Source: Basidiobolus meristosporus CBS 931.73 (taxonomy: Eukaryota > Fungi > Basidiobolomycota). From it: a stretch of 64,000 nucleotides of DNA. The stretch is taken from contig MCFE01000117.1 in NCBI GenBank assembly GCA_002104905.1, positions 1 through 64,000 on the forward strand. Direction: 5' to 3'. The notes under the pieces are model-generated. The model had not been told where the DNA came from and did no database searches. It was given only the letters and a program-made list of their open reading frames with translations. This document shows, one piece after another, positions 12,967-27,399 of the stretch (positions are counted from its first letter, which is position 1; every line of letters begins with the position of its first letter). The position numbers and the translations under genes are program-made.

Positions 12967-15900
12967 GATGGCAGGAAAGGAAGACAGCCTGTTAAATTTC
13001 CAACGCACAATCCGGTGCGAAGTCAAATAGAATCCCCAGAGTGGGTCACCGCGGGGCCAATAGCGCTGGAGGAATCAGAAACAGGTCTGGGTTACAGTGT
13101 TCTTAAATAACAAATAAGCCTTGGGTGCTTGATCTGCCCTAAATGATGGGTAATTTGCAATATCATGGAAAGATGATTGCCATAACAGAGCCACACCCAT
13201 TCCTTATTCTGATTAAGGATGGGTATGAGATCATAGTGGACAGGATGGGACATAGCCCATATCATACTGCATACACCAGCCATATGAGTTGTCACCACCC
13301 TACCCCTTCATGGAAAGCAGCATGGCATGCCTGATCCTCCATCAAGGGCCCGGTCGACCCTGAACAGCGCTTGGGCTGCCCAGCAGTGGTGACACTGGTT
13401 GCCATCCATGTGGATTTCCTCCTCAGATGGCTCAATGTAGTAGCCGTAGTCAGGTCGGCCTTGGATGTGCATATAGATAGTCATTTATTTGATCCTCTAC
13501 GCATCCGTCGAATGCCCACTGGTTAGCTCAAACTGTGCAAATTTCCACCCCTCAAACCCATTGGGCCACCGTCGCAATCTGATTGGAGGATCTGGCAGAG
13601 CCCGCCCAGGGCAGCAGGCCAGTAGGAAGCAGCTCACTATATACAGATAGCTCTTGCTCCAATGGAAGTTTCCCGTCCACTGGCGCTATTGACGGCGAAT
13701 CCTAGTTCATGTGTCCAACAGCATGATGCGATGAGGATTAGATCCTACCCAGCACAAAGCAGCTTCGAAGCAGAGATTCGTAGATGGTCGATATATCTCG
13801 TGCACACCGTAGGCTGGTTGCTCCAGGATACATATCTAGAGCACGAGGATTCCCAACTAGTGTCTACAGTTGGCGCGCATTAGCTCAAAACACACCTCTA
13901 TCCGAGTCAGAGAATGGGAATACCTGATGAACATAGTTGATTCTATAGATCCTACATCTGCTCAAGGCGCCTACATAGCGACCTTCCATTTTTGTGTCTC
14001 TAGGATAGATCTATATGGTAGCACAATCAGGAGCATGCATCTACCACCGGTACGCCCCGGTGGTTCCAACGAAAGGGATAGGCCATGGGGAAATGCGCCA
14101 TTGCACCCTCTTCATAGCACTAGCATCTATGTCGCCACTGTTGAGGTGGATCAAGAGACTTGTCAATATAATCACTGGCCATACAGCTTCCAGGTCCCAT
14201 GTCTGGTTCATAATAAGGCCAGCGGTGCCAGGAATCCATGCGAAGTGCCTTGAGGCATGAATGATGTACTGTCTGAGCTGTATGGAAGCAACGTATGTGT
14301 GGTTCTCGACAGCGAGCAAGTTGAAGGAAGCCGGTGTTCTCAGTGCCCACAGCTTGAGCAGCTATTCTATTAATAGGCCTCCAGCCAACATACAGCAATT
14401 TAAGCAAGATGCCATTCCATGCGAGTAAAAGCAAGAGCAAGAGCAAGATAGCCTTGCCTTACGTGGTACAATCTGGCGGTAGAGTTGTTGTATCAACTAC
14501 TGCTAACGGGAGCTCCATCTCACTGTTCCACCAATAAGCGTGGAGGTTTACAAAGTCCTATTGATGAGCTAACTCCATGATGATTTGCTCAATTCTCGAA
14601 TTCTTGTGCATAGATGGTATTGACACAAATGGAACCTGGTCAATAACCTGTTATTTATTGGTGACACATCGACGCGTAGAACAACACTGATGAATTGGAG
14701 CGTAAATTCACATACTCTACAAATCCAAATCAGCCGTGCTTAGTAAAGGTTGAACCACACCTCGTTGCATTGCAATTCCATGAGGCGGACAAGATCAAAT
14801 CACCCAGAAAATCCCACTAATGCCGGATTCAGAAATGCGCGTGAAGACGAGCCTCCGTATGAGCTCGGGGGTGGCCAATGATACCAATGGTTCGCCATCC
14901 AGCAAATGTCAAATCCCCCTTGCTCACATCACTACTTCCTTACCTCGGTCCTCTTCAACTCTGGAGAATCACGCTTCTTCAACACACGCTACTTGGAAAC
15001 ACAGTCTGCCGCTTGGCCCGGTGATGATTTTCCCAGCTGGGACTTGCTTGACCGTTCTGGCGAACTCCTTAGCGACTCCTCAAGCTTACTCCCACATTGC
15101 GTTGAATCATGTAGTCAATAATCGATCAAATGGCGATCTAAATATGGATATAACCAATAATCGAGCATCGTGTACCTGAGGTGTATCCTTGAATTTACCT
15201 GAATCTGGTAAAATCAGTCATTAATATCAGCTTGGTGGGTTGTCTTGAACAATCACCAGTTATTACCAAACTGGTGACGAATGGAATGAGGCGAGAAACC
15301 TTGAGAATCAACGTGCTTTAGCTTCCACAAGCCCTGAGATGTCTTGGTATCCGTGTTTCCAAGCACCCTTCCCTCCACCCTAGGCCAAGCACTCTGACCT
15401 CATTCACCATTGTCCTCATCTGAGCCGTAGTCACCAAAACAAGAGCGTCTAATGCCTGACTGATGGCCATCTCCAGATGCAGCGATTGGCTTGGTAAATC
15501 TTAGTTTGGGTTTCTCAGTCAGGGATATCAAACAGTTGCAAGAGTTACGGTCACTGTAGCACGAGATTGGTGACTCAAATGGATGTGCTGCGCTTAGCAA
15601 GTCTATGGCATGGGAATACATTGTAACTCCTTCAAGCTTGTTCCACTCCATGGATTGTACATTACTATCATAGCCTAGTGCTCGATTGAATAATCGTTAA
15701 TCGTGCATTCGCCGCAGAACAATACAGTCAAGCTTGATGGCGATGAATTTTCAAACAGTACACATATGCATGTCCATTTGGGATGCTTGATTCTCTTCAT
15801 ATGTCGACAGTATTATATGTACCTCGCCCATTATGCCTTGGAAATATCCTACAATACAAATCTGTCTCAATCCTGTATTTTGGGTTGCACAAAATTATGG

Positions 15901-16204
15901 GTCGATGGTATTATTACCGGATTTCCTAATGTAGTATGTGCAACATTATGCGCCCAGTCTCCTTGAAGTTCTTGCCTCCTAGCGAATTTCTTAACCGTAC
16001 TAAATCTGGGGGTGCGTGGGTTTAAAAGGTATTCCTTAGCCAAAACTTGTCGGAAACCATTCTCCTGTAAACTCCTTTGGAAATCCACGCAAGCTTCAAA
16101 CAACTCCAGGGTAGCTAGAATTCGTGTTGTTTTGTTATCCCTGCTTGTTTATTCTGGCCCAGTGTAAAAGCATCCTCACCTCCCAATCGGATTTGCAATC
16201 ATAA

Positions 16205-17460
<1,256 letters not shown>

Positions 17461-18876
17461 CCATTCATAGTCTATGGGCATTTTTAATTCCTCCTTTCGA
17501 TACAACTCCTGGGAAATTTTCCGCTTTTTCACCTTGATATTCATGGGAAATCCTTTGGATCCATTTTGTAATGTATATGTACTATTTATAATATTCTCAG
17601 TTCTAATAATCGGAAAGTCCATGGCTCTTGGATCAGTCCCTAATATTGGCTGTCTCTTGCAAGCGAAGCAGCCCATTTTTATCTGTCGATTCACAGTGGC
17701 CTGCACAGTGTTTTGTTTTGATTTGCTCTTTTGGTTCGACTTCACCTCGACTGGAGTGGTTTGTTGAGTTCCCTCCCCAAACTCCTACTCCTCTCCCACT
17801 TGGTCTGCTGCTGCCCGAGCGAGGTTTTCCCTTTCAATCATGAAACCCCCTTAATTTCACTTTTAAGCATTGTTCCCGGAAGGATTCGACGAGCGTTGCG
17901 GCCATAGTAGCTGGGTAGAAATCCGCAATCGTCAATTCACCTAATGAAATAAATCATCCCCTCATACCTGTTGCTTCGCTTTCCACAGCTTGACCAGGCG
18001 GCTTCTTCCTCAGACTGTAGCCCCACAGGATGGCTTAGGTGGCGCTTTAGGCATCCGTTTCTGTTGTGTATGATTCGGAATAGCCTTCAGGAGAAGCGCA
18101 GCTGCTCAGTTCTTTCGGATACTCTGCTATGTTGAACCTGAGGTAGAGATTCATCCCCCATAGGGCTATGGGGTGTAGCATGAATTATTTATGAAGTACG
18201 AACTAGTGCAGTATTACGAATGGCACCATCCATGGCTGGATTTTCAAATCGCCCTCAACTGCATCTCCCCAAAATGGTAATAATTTATTCACTGCTCTCT
18301 CAAAGCCCATTCGCCGCTGATGATGATGGCGCCATACCTTGATTTTATTAGCCTTAGATCATTCCGAACAGCTAGTATGGCGTGATGGTGCGTGGTGCTT
18401 GCATTAATAATCGATTACCAATGCCACCGGATCCTTGGACATTGACCACTCTACCTTACAGCTCCTGGGCAGTGAAAGAAATTCAGGATTATCCGACCCT
18501 GTGTTCAGAGATTAGCTTTTCGGAATAAGGTATAAGCTTGCCTTCCTAATGTGGCAGGCCGTCAAATGAAATGATGGAAGTTGACTAAGATTCCATCAGA
18601 TGGTGCAATTCTCTTGTTTACTGAGGTTTGCCCACTCTTACGAGAATACGCCGCTCTTATTGGCCGGCCTCTCATCATCTCGGACTATGGATTATGCTAC
18701 ACCATAGCTCTAATTCGAAGGGGTTGATGTATAAATACTGGCGGCCGAGATACGGAATTACCCCACATATATCTTGGTTCAATTGGTCAACATTTATCTC
18801 CCTCTTTTATCTGTCACGGAAGCCTCGTTTGTTGCACCCTTATTTTCAAGTGTTTGATACCTTTCCATACCCTGAA

Positions 18877-20436
18877 ATGCAGTCCACAGGAATACAAGAT
18901 ATACCGAAGCCTCGGGGCGGCGCCTCCCTCATCGTTGCCTGGCGATGCCAAAAGAGCCACATTCTGGTGGTTGGCAACAATTCCATCGCTGCTAGCCGAG
19001 TGTATTCCTCTTTGGACTCGGACGCTGAGGTTACCTTAGTTTCGCCCCAGGCCGGCATGTGCCACGAGCTTGCCGTGCGTATCGAGCGGGGAGAGATCAA
19101 TTGGTTTGACAGGGAATTCGAAGAGTCTGATGTGGTTGGGAAGGAGATGGTCCTGGTCACGCTAGATGATCGCGACCATTGCGAGAAGATCGCCACCCTG
19201 TGCAAAACGCACAGGATCCCCATCAATGTTGCCGACATGAATGACCTATGCGACTTTTGGTTCATGTCAACCTATCGTGACCAGTCTTTACAGCTGGCCG
19301 TTTCCACCAACGCCCAAGCCCCCAAATTGGCCAACCGCCTGCGGAGACAGTTGGTCAGCTCTCTGCCTGATGGCATAGGAGATGCCATCCACAAGGTAGG
19401 GATCCTTCGCCGCAAAATTCGGGACTCTGACCCTTCGATCCTTTCCCGGTCGAGACGTATGCACTGGCTGGCCCAGATTTGTGAATATTGGCCATTGCAG
19501 CGCTTGTCGCAATTATCAGAAGAAGAGATCGAGGAGCTGCTGGAGAGCTACAAGATAGATGAGGGGTATAGAAGCGGCAGCAGCGACGAGTTCGAGGTAT
19601 CAAGTGAGGAGAGGCCCGTGGTGAAGGTGGCAGGGAAACCGGTGAAGAAAGGGCGTATTCGATTGGTTGGAGCCGGGCCAGGAAATCCCGATCTTTTAAC
19701 CCGTGCTGCTTACGAGGCGATTACCACTGCAGATGTTGTGCTTGCTGACAAGTTGGTTCCAGAGGCGATCATCAAGCTCATCCCCAGCGAGGTGAAGATC
19801 GCACGAAAATTCCCAGGAAACGCCGACCAAGCACAAGAGGAGATGAACCTCGCCGGGGTCGAGCTTCTCAAGAAGGGGAAGGATGTGGTTAGGTTGAAGT
19901 GCGGGGACCCATTCCTTTTCGGGCGTGGAGGTGAGGAGGTTTTATTCTTCCGTAAATATGGCTTTGAAGCGGAGGTGATTCCTGGCATCTCGAGTTGCAT
20001 GGCCGCTCCGCTCCTTGGCGGAATACCAGTCACCCATCGCGGGGTTGCCAATCAATTCATGGTTGCCACCGGAACTGGGAAAAACTGTACCCTACCCGAC
20101 ATCCCACCCTACTCGCCTATTCGTACGACCGTCTTCCTGATGGCGATTCACCGTCTACCATTGATCGTCGAAGACTTGGTCAAGTACGGCTACCCAGCAG
20201 ATTGCCCGGTTGCAATTGTGGAGCGGGCGAGTTGCCCAGATCAGAGGGTCTTGCGCGGTACAGTTAACACCATCTGTGAAATTGTCGATCGGGTGGGTAC
20301 CACTCCTCCCGGCACGCTAATCGTAGGCCAAGCAGTCAACGCCTTAGCCAGCACATTGGACGAAGTTGTCACCGAATCCAAGCCCAGGTATCCACTCCTT
20401 GGTCTGCATGAGCCGGAGTCCGTCGAATGTAACTGA
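18877..20436 (+). CDS. MET1: Siroheme synthase: precorrin-2 dehydrogenase/ferrochelatase-like N-terminus fused to uroporphyrinogen-III C-methyltransferase (CysG/Met1-type)
   Basis: N-half has LVVG..IAASRV, IPINVAD..DLCDF and LAVSTN..APKLA. C-half has LVGAGPGNPDLLT, DVVRLKCGDPFLFGRGGEE, VIPGISS, GIPVTHRG and PPGTLIVGQAV. First in-frame ATG is at 18877; the ORF-track start at 18628 is TTG. Confidence 0.93.
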   Translation: MQSTGIQDIPKPRGGASLIVAWRCQKSHILVVGNNSIAASRVYSSLDSDAEVTLVSPQAGMCHELAVRIERGEINWFDREFEESDVVGKEMVLVTLDDRDHCEKIATLCKTHRIPINVADMNDLCDFWFMSTYRDQSLQLAVSTNAQAPKLANRLRRQLVSSLPDGIGDAIHKVGILRRKIRDSDPSILSRSRRMHWLAQICEYWPLQRLSQLSEEEIEELLESYKIDEGYRSGSSDEFEVSSEERPVVKVAGKPVKKGRIRLVGAGPGNPDLLTRAAYEAITTADVVLADKLVPEAIIKLIPSEVKIARKFPGNADQAQEEMNLAGVELLKKGKDVVRLKCGDPFLFGRGGEEVLFFRKYGFEAEVIPGISSCMAAPLLGGIPVTHRGVANQFMVATGTGKNCTLPDIPPYSPIRTTVFLMAIHRLPLIVEDLVKYGYPADCPVAIVERASCPDQRVLRGTVNTICEIVDRVGTTPPGTLIVGQAVNALASTLDEVVTESKPRYPLLGLHEPESVECN

Positions 20437-21190
20437 TCCCCCTATTTCTTACAACACCATCCCAACACAACACATGGACATTTCAAGACTTTCGTTGTAT
20501 ATTGATTCCCGATTAGCATCCCACGAACATTTACTCTTCCCCTTACTATTGCCATCAATACTACTTAGCATCTAGAAATAATGACATCCACCCTCTGCCT
20601 TCGCTTGATTCTTCAGTAAACACGATAAACGCTCAACTCTGTAATCCATCATCTGGGCCATACCACTTGAATGCCCAGATCAAATCCACTGTGGTTTCAT
20701 CACTTGCCTGTGATCTGTGATCGAGGGGGCCATGTGGAGCATGTTTCACCTTCCTTCGTGTTAGCTCGTGTTGGTTTCGAACATCTCGCGACCAGACAAT
20801 TGGCATAAGGTCCGGATCTTTCACCAGTGAATGGCAATTTTATGAGTGTGATTTATTAATAACTGGGACGACAGAAACTTTTATAGGGAGTCCATGGAAG
20901 CCGAGTGGAGTGTGGTGGGCTGCACATATCACTGAGGAGGGTGTAGGTTGGGATGGGATGGGAAAAATACATGTGGGTGGGACCAACAAACTGGTCTTCA
21001 GATGGGCTGGGCGATGGTGGGTGACCTGATCCGACTTCAATATTTAAACAGGGTAAGAACAAAAATAATGTTTAGTACATTAGAGTGACGCTAGGGAAAT
21101 ACGCAATGACATAAGTCGGGTTATATATATATATCGCAGCTAGTTACAAAATAGGAATGGGGATAGTGGGTGATTCGGTGATTCCAGGTC

Positions 21191-22819
21191 TCAAAGCTCG
21201 GATTGGATATCCGCCAGAGTACTCTCATCTCTCTCCTCTTTTGAGGTGGTGGTTGTTGACTCAGCCTCGACTGCCGTGCCTCTACAGATTGGGCATTTGT
21301 TGGCGCCTTCGGTGAGCCATTTGTCGATGCAGTCTCGATGGTATGCATGGTGACATTTGAGGATGCGTAGCTTGTCTTGATCTTCGTACTCACATAGACA
21401 TACCTGACAGCTCTCTGGGTTCAGGATGTGGAATCCTTCCACGCCAGGAATGGAGGAGTCGAAGGTGACAACCGGCAAGCTAGCATCAATTTCGGGCTGG
21501 CTAGTGGTGGGTGGACGAGCAGGGCCGATGAACGAAGAGAGAAGCAGTAGATCCTCATATGTGGGATTTCCCGACATTGCAGTCGTGAGGAAGGGATGAT
21601 TCGAGAGATATGTTCCACCAATTACGTAGATAATGTAGCTCTGTGACTGCACCCGTCTTCTTTGATGGAATTCCCAATCCCGCTCTTCTTGGTTATCAGA
21701 ATCTGGTTGATTCGTGTCCGAACCAAAGTCATTGGTAGACTGCGACATATCATGGTTCACTGCGTTACCCGCAGCTGTGGCATCGATGGGAGAATTGGTG
21801 CCAGTGCTCTCAGAAATGGTATCTGCGAGGCCACTGTCTCTCCTTCGGCCTTCGTCTCGTGGGTTGGTCGAGTCAACACCCCGGATTCCTACGATAAGGA
21901 CCGGAACGAACGGAGAGCCCATGTCGAGCTCAGCGTCGTTTTGATGCTCACTATCTTCACCAGCGTAGTGTCTTCCGCTATCTGCTCGATGCTGCTCACT
22001 GGTTCCCAAGCGGTACAGTCGAAAGAAGGAGGGGGATGTGGGGTTTTCAGGCGAACTGGCACGCTCATCCCCAGCGTTTCTCTGCTCGGGTCTATGGTAC
22101 ATTGTGGAGCTAAACCCAGAAATCAATGAGTTCAGGAAAGGTGAAGTATTTGCGCCATCTTCATTGGCGACGGGTCCAGTATTTGAAGGAACCCTAGATG
22201 ACTCAGAGCTATCGGTGGGCAAATGAGATGGGTTTGCTGCGGTCCCGTTGACCAAGTCCGAATTCGGGTTTCGGTCCATGGCAGTAGCAGGGTTGGAAGC
22301 GTCCTGAATGTTCGCGATGCTTCCGAGTGTATGCTGAGCATGTCTATCTCTAGAATCCTGATATGATCCACTCTCGGATGATTCCAGAGAAAGCTCCGAT
22401 CGTCGATCAAATTCAGTGAATCTTGGGTTTGACTGTGCCGGATCGATAGGATCGAAGTGATCACTGGGCTCGGCGAAGGCATCATTATGAGGTTGAGTTG
22501 AGGAATATCTATCAGGATTTGGTGATGGCCGGAATGTAGTATGAACTCGACGTAAGCGGTTCAGAGAACGCCCAGATGCAGGATCCTGTGTGCTAAAAGG
22601 ATACATGCTGAATATCTGGCGGCGTCTGCGGACGGGAGTCGTTCTCAGTGCTCGCAGAGAATCTGACTGCGAGGGCGAGGAGCCTGTCGCATACTCTGTA
22701 GCGTGTGGACTGTCAGTCAACTGATCGTCCCGTAGATCAGTGGAGGAGCTGCTGTCAACATCAGTTTCCTCGCTTCTTGTTTCGGGGAGGTTGTTTTGGG
22801 AAGACAGGCTCTGACCCAT
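21191..22819 (-). CDS. RING-H2 E3 ubiquitin ligase with long disordered N-terminus
   Basis: C-terminal CQVCLCEY...CHHAYHRDCIDKWL...CPICR (C3H2C3), preceded by the PTYEDLLLLSSFIGP helix common in this family. Likely start MGQSLSS at 22819. Confidence 0.87.
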   Translation of the reverse strand: MGQSLSSQNNLPETRSEETDVDSSSSTDLRDDQLTDSPHATEYATGSSPSQSDSLRALRTTPVRRRRQIFSMYPFSTQDPASGRSLNRLRRVHTTFRPSPNPDRYSSTQPHNDAFAEPSDHFDPIDPAQSNPRFTEFDRRSELSLESSESGSYQDSRDRHAQHTLGSIANIQDASNPATAMDRNPNSDLVNGTAANPSHLPTDSSESSRVPSNTGPVANEDGANTSPFLNSLISGFSSTMYHRPEQRNAGDERASSPENPTSPSFFRLYRLGTSEQHRADSGRHYAGEDSEHQNDAELDMGSPFVPVLIVGIRGVDSTNPRDEGRRRDSGLADTISESTGTNSPIDATAAGNAVNHDMSQSTNDFGSDTNQPDSDNQEERDWEFHQRRRVQSQSYIIYVIGGTYLSNHPFLTTAMSGNPTYEDLLLLSSFIGPARPPTTSQPEIDASLPVVTFDSSIPGVEGFHILNPESCQVCLCEYEDQDKLRILKCHHAYHRDCIDKWLTEGANKCPICRGTAVEAESTTTTSKEERDESTLADIQSEL

Positions 22820-24266
22820 TGTTGGATAGGGAAAAACAGGTTCTCGCGGCTGAGTGCAACTAAGGAGACCCGGGAATCGTTTACGGGCCAAAGTCTACCA
22901 GTGGATGTGTTACGAAAATAAAAGGCCAAGGAAATGGTTCCGAGCTCAGGGAGTGTTTGGAGAGCAAATAGGCAGTCTCAAATACCAGCGTAAAATAAAA
23001 AGGGGGACTGCTCTACTAAAACAGGGAAGTTACGTTTAAGGTATGTTAGCTTGGATGTGGGAAGGTGGTTTCTTTGGTTGACAAGTGGTAGCGAATCCAA
23101 TAGAAACCGAAGGGCTTTAACGAAAAGAGTTTCAGGCAAACGGTATGTTAGGGTTAAAAGGAGTGTGCAAGATCCTATGCCCGTATTTCTTAACAAATAC
23201 TGTGTGGCATGCCTATTACTCGCCTATATTGGACCAGTAAGAGGCCATAATTGGCCAAATCCTAACCTGACACCTTTGAATACCATTTAGGTATGCCGTG
23301 TAGCTATCAATTCTGGATATTTATTTTTGGTATTTGAGGTTGGAGTGTACTAAAATAAGGAAGGATCAGGAGGCTGGCAATGAAGTCAAGACATAAATGA
23401 GCCTACGACAATCTAATTGTGCAGCGAATAGAAGCCGTTCTGACTATATATAGACTTGATATACAACAGATAATATTTTCCTGCCAAGCATCCAGGAAGC
23501 CAGTCACGCTCCATCAGCTCGAGCATTAGACTAGCGAGGGCCCATCATATGTTGTAACATGATACGGCAGGTTACAGCAAATTAGTAATGAACTACAGCC
23601 ATAGAGTCCCTAAATCGCCGCACATGACCAGTTACCGCAACTGTGTATGATTTCTGTTTTCGTTCAATCCGAGTCATCAAGGTCCATCATGATCTAAGCC
23701 CTTTATCCCGACGATTCTAGCAGAGTCTTACGAATTGCGCTGATTGTATAACTATGGCATCATCTATGGAGAGTGATCAACCTTGCTAAATGACTGTCTG
23801 AACTGGGCCATTCCTAGAGATTAGGCACTGCGGGGATTGCGGTTGAAGCATAATATGTTGCTCAAGTGCTTCAGGACAATTGTTGCTCTGCAGAGATTTT
23901 ACACACTTGCCTCTGGGAGGTGCGCATCATTGCCAGGTAAATAGTCCGGGGACGCTAGTTAGGATTCGATAATGTTGATTTGATCAGTAATCAGTTGGAT
24001 GATTCCTGGCAAACCTTGGTGAACTGAGGTGATGCTTATCATAATCAGTCCATGATTATCAATGACAAAATATGACTACGTCGAGAACCATTGCACAATG
24101 TTCCAAAAACGCATAATGATTTACTCTGTCGCGTGGAATATTGATGGATGGTATTGCTTTATCGAGTATTAGTTCACACTTGTATCACTATGCGTGGAGC
24201 TTAAAGGTGCTTGCAGTTTTCAGAGAACCGCTTCCACACCCGAACTCCCCCCTCACACGGTCACGC

Positions 24267-25652
24267 ATGTCTTCAAGAACTAAAAAGAGTCAGGTCTGGA
24301 GTCATACTCTAGCAGGCACTGGAGCTGGGTTAGTATTATCGTTTTCTGTTCGAATTCTGCCTCCTCTGCTCGCTGCTAATGTCCGACGTTTAGTGTTGTG
24401 GAGGTAACCTTGATGCAGGTTAGGCTGGATTTGTTCTATCCCAATAACGATTGCCCCTAACCATCTTCAAAGCCACTTGATGTGCTGAAAACACGCTTTC
24501 AATCCGCACGGCTTCAGGGAGACTATCAACGTGTTCTGACCTCCTTTGTTCGAATGGTCAAACTAGAAGGGGTGAAATGTATGTTATGGCTCGGCTGTCG
24601 GATGTCATCTCCAGCTAACTGGTTAATGAAGCTTTGTACAGAGGAACCATTCCTGTTCTTGCTATTGTGACTCCGAGGTAAAGTGTTCTCAGAGGGCTGG
24701 TCCGAACTTCTCTAACTTACTCGCTTCAAAGGGTGTCCTTGCAATTCACAGGTCTAGCCTTTTTCAAACCGATTTTCGAACGATTGGAGGGAAAGGTTGT
24801 TCCCAAGCAGAGGTGCAGGAGTCTCGGTTTTGTCTTCCCACTATTTGTACTGAAGCCGTTCATATCAGTTCTGCTGCCTTGGCTGGTGTGTGTACCGGCC
24901 TCGTCCAAGCAATTGGTCTGGTCACCCCATTAGAATTGCTCAAAGTGCGTCAACAGACGGACCTCAGCGGGAAATACGCTACCCAATTCGGAACTATTCG
25001 GCATATCTTTAAAGAGGAGGGGTATTTCGAATCTGTTTTCATTTCCTGTTTGGGCTACACTCATTCCGTATACTTAAGAATACTAGCTTTCTACAAGGGA
25101 CTGCTTCCTACAATTGTGAGGTAAGCCAAGGGTGTCTCGTTCTGTTAAGGACCCAGTCTTAATTCCCTTCGAACATGCAGACAATCTTGGGGGCTGGCAA
25201 TCAAGTTTAGCTGTTACACTCACATCAAAGGACTATTCGAAGACTCCTCAGACCCAACCCAAAAGCTATCTCCGTGGAAGCACATGGCTTCTGGCGGCTT
25301 AGCCAATGTGATTGTTGGGATACTCAACTCGCCTCCAGGTAAAACGATCATGAGCTCTGCTTAGTCCATCTGTGATTTACCATATGGTTCCTTGCCAGAC
25401 GTTGTCAAGACTCGCATGCAAGATCAGAGCAGCGTCTACAGAACGTCCTGGGAGTGTAGTAAGCTTATGCTTAAGCAGGAGGGTATTTCCTCCTTTTTCC
25501 GCGGTGCATGGCTTAGAGTGCTAAGAATTGCTCCCGGAGGTAACCCGAACAAAGCCACGAAACTTCAAAAATCAATTTTATTAACCTATTCATCATTAGG
25601 CGCTATCCAATTTGCTGCTTATGAGTATCTTGTTTCTCTCCTCGAAGGGTAG
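24267..25652 (+). CDS. Mitochondrial carrier family protein, probably succinate/fumarate or citrate carrier-like (SFC1/CTP1 group); multi-exon
   Basis: Three carrier signatures (PLDVLKTRFQ, PLELLKVRQQ, PPDVVKTRMQ), plus VRQSWG and LRIAPGGAIQF, split by short GT..AG introns. The substrate call is inferred from motif resemblance. Confidence 0.85.
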
Positions 25653-26013
25653 TTGGACGCACTCTCCAGCACATAGATAGCTTCCCATCAGTGCAGGTGT
25701 AATTTGGTCCAGCTCATGGCTGTTGTTGTGGCATATACAGATACATAAAGTTGATTTTAGCCATGCAAATGAATGACTCATAGTTAGGTTTTCGGATGGG
25801 GAATGGTGATACATAGACTGGGAGTATTCAAGCATTTGAAGCCCCTGGTCTGTTGTACCACAGTGCATGTGAGCATATTTACTTGACTTTGATACTGAAA
25901 TGCAAGGTGAGCATTTATACTAGGCCCACTTCGTGTTGCCGTTGTTCTGAAAAAGGATGCTATGGATAGTTGACGTTTCTTGCGATGTGTTCTGGTAGAC
26001 CATTCTGATCAGC

Positions 26014-26457
26014 CTACAGATTTACACTTGATGTAGACCTCTGACTGTAGCCTTCACTCTCTTCATCTATGCGAGACAAGCACTTTTTTGGAAAATAGAG
26101 TGGACTGGGTGAGGCTGTCGGTGGACTGGGTGAATCGGGGGAGTCGAGGCTCATCAAGCCTGTCCGTGCCATGGGTGACGCGGAGACGTCAGTAAACTCC
26201 AAGCCGACTTCATCCGACACTGGGGTGACATAGACAGAGTGTCTCCCGATGATTCTGAGCTGCTCCATCAATGGAGCAGTGGTTCGCAAATACTCTGGTG
26301 TGTAGAAAGTCTCTGGGTCATAGGTCATGGGCGGTATTGGTGGAAGTATTGGCGGAGTATCCAAAGAGATGTACATCGAGCTTGAACAAGTGGTGCAGGA
26401 ATATCGACCTTTTTCCTCATCCGGCTGCGTCTTGCCAAATGTACCAACTCCTACCAA
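26014..26457 (-). CDS. Hypothetical Ser/Pro-rich protein (147 aa)
   Basis: ATG-started open frame with biased composition (PPILPPIPP, SPDSPSPPTASPSP). No recognisable domain. Confidence 0.45.
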   Translation of the reverse strand: MVGVGTFGKTQPDEEKGRYSCTTCSSSMYISLDTPPILPPIPPMTYDPETFYTPEYLRTTAPLMEQLRIIGRHSVYVTPVSDEVGLEFTDVSASPMARTGLMSLDSPDSPSPPTASPSPLYFPKKCLSRIDEESEGYSQRSTSSVNL

Positions 26458-27399
26458 ATGGGCTCATTAGTACTGAGTTTAGAAACCGCGCCAGACTCTC
26501 CTAAACTACCTTTCCTCTTATAGTGGTACCTCCAGTACAATAACCCAGACACGGCCGTTACAATAACCGCGCATCCACCTATTATCCCGCTAATTATCAG
26601 GCCCGGCATCTTCAAACTCAAAGATTGTACACCAATAAAAAGTTCTGGCTCGATGGATTTGGTGGTATTAGTTGGCGATAATGCGGCACCGGCTAACCAA
26701 ACTTCGACACCATATGCCAGTAAGGGTTAGTCCTTTAGGCGGGCTGCTTTACGAATGAACACGTACCATTGGCTCCGCAGCTTGCATCTTGGCATTCTTC
26801 TGCTTGGCCTTGCGCACTTACCGCCATCCAGTTAAACAGTAGGCTTAGTGCTGCCTTGAAGAGAAAAGACCCACACATGACGAAAAATACCATCGCGAGT
26901 GCAAGAGCTACAACTATATACGCTCAGCTCTGGATATCAATATGATGCAGGGGCCGAAGGTTAGCATTGAGACTGAGGTATGATTACCACAGGCTTAGTT
27001 GGTTTGTGGGGTCGCATCGTGGTGGATGCTTGATCCTTGGCATCAGCATACCTAGGCTAGTGGGGTGCATGGAGGTATTGCTTGTGGGGAACCACCCGCA
27101 CATGCTATTCTTGGAGAAGATTGTTTTCTGGCGGGGAAGTTAATTCGATTACCCGGTGCATCTGGTTGGAACAAATCCCATATCAAGCCAGTTGTGTCTC
27201 TAATCACATGAATTACGCGCTGAGGGGATGCCACAGGTTGCCCAATCTCCATTTCCCGGATTGTCAGAATGAGCCACTGAGCGGATATTTGTGCCTCGAC
27301 GAAATGTCGTACGTGGAACACGTCCAAATTCCTTTATTTGCTGATTAATTTAGACTGGCCATTTACGTATGCAGATATGATGTATGTATGCACCATTGT

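Noticed and set aside
14043-14064. GC-rich hairpin ACCACCGG-N6-CCGGTGGT
   Set aside because: A single 8-bp stem is expected by chance in 64 kb, and there is no supporting context.
17895-17935. GTTGCGGCCATA resembling the 5' end of fungal 5S rRNA
   Set aside because: Similarity fades after about 40 nt; no box A/C or 3' stem.
18628-18876. 83-aa N-terminal extension of siroheme synthase
   Set aside because: TTG start and UTR-like composition; homology appears to begin after the ATG at 18877.
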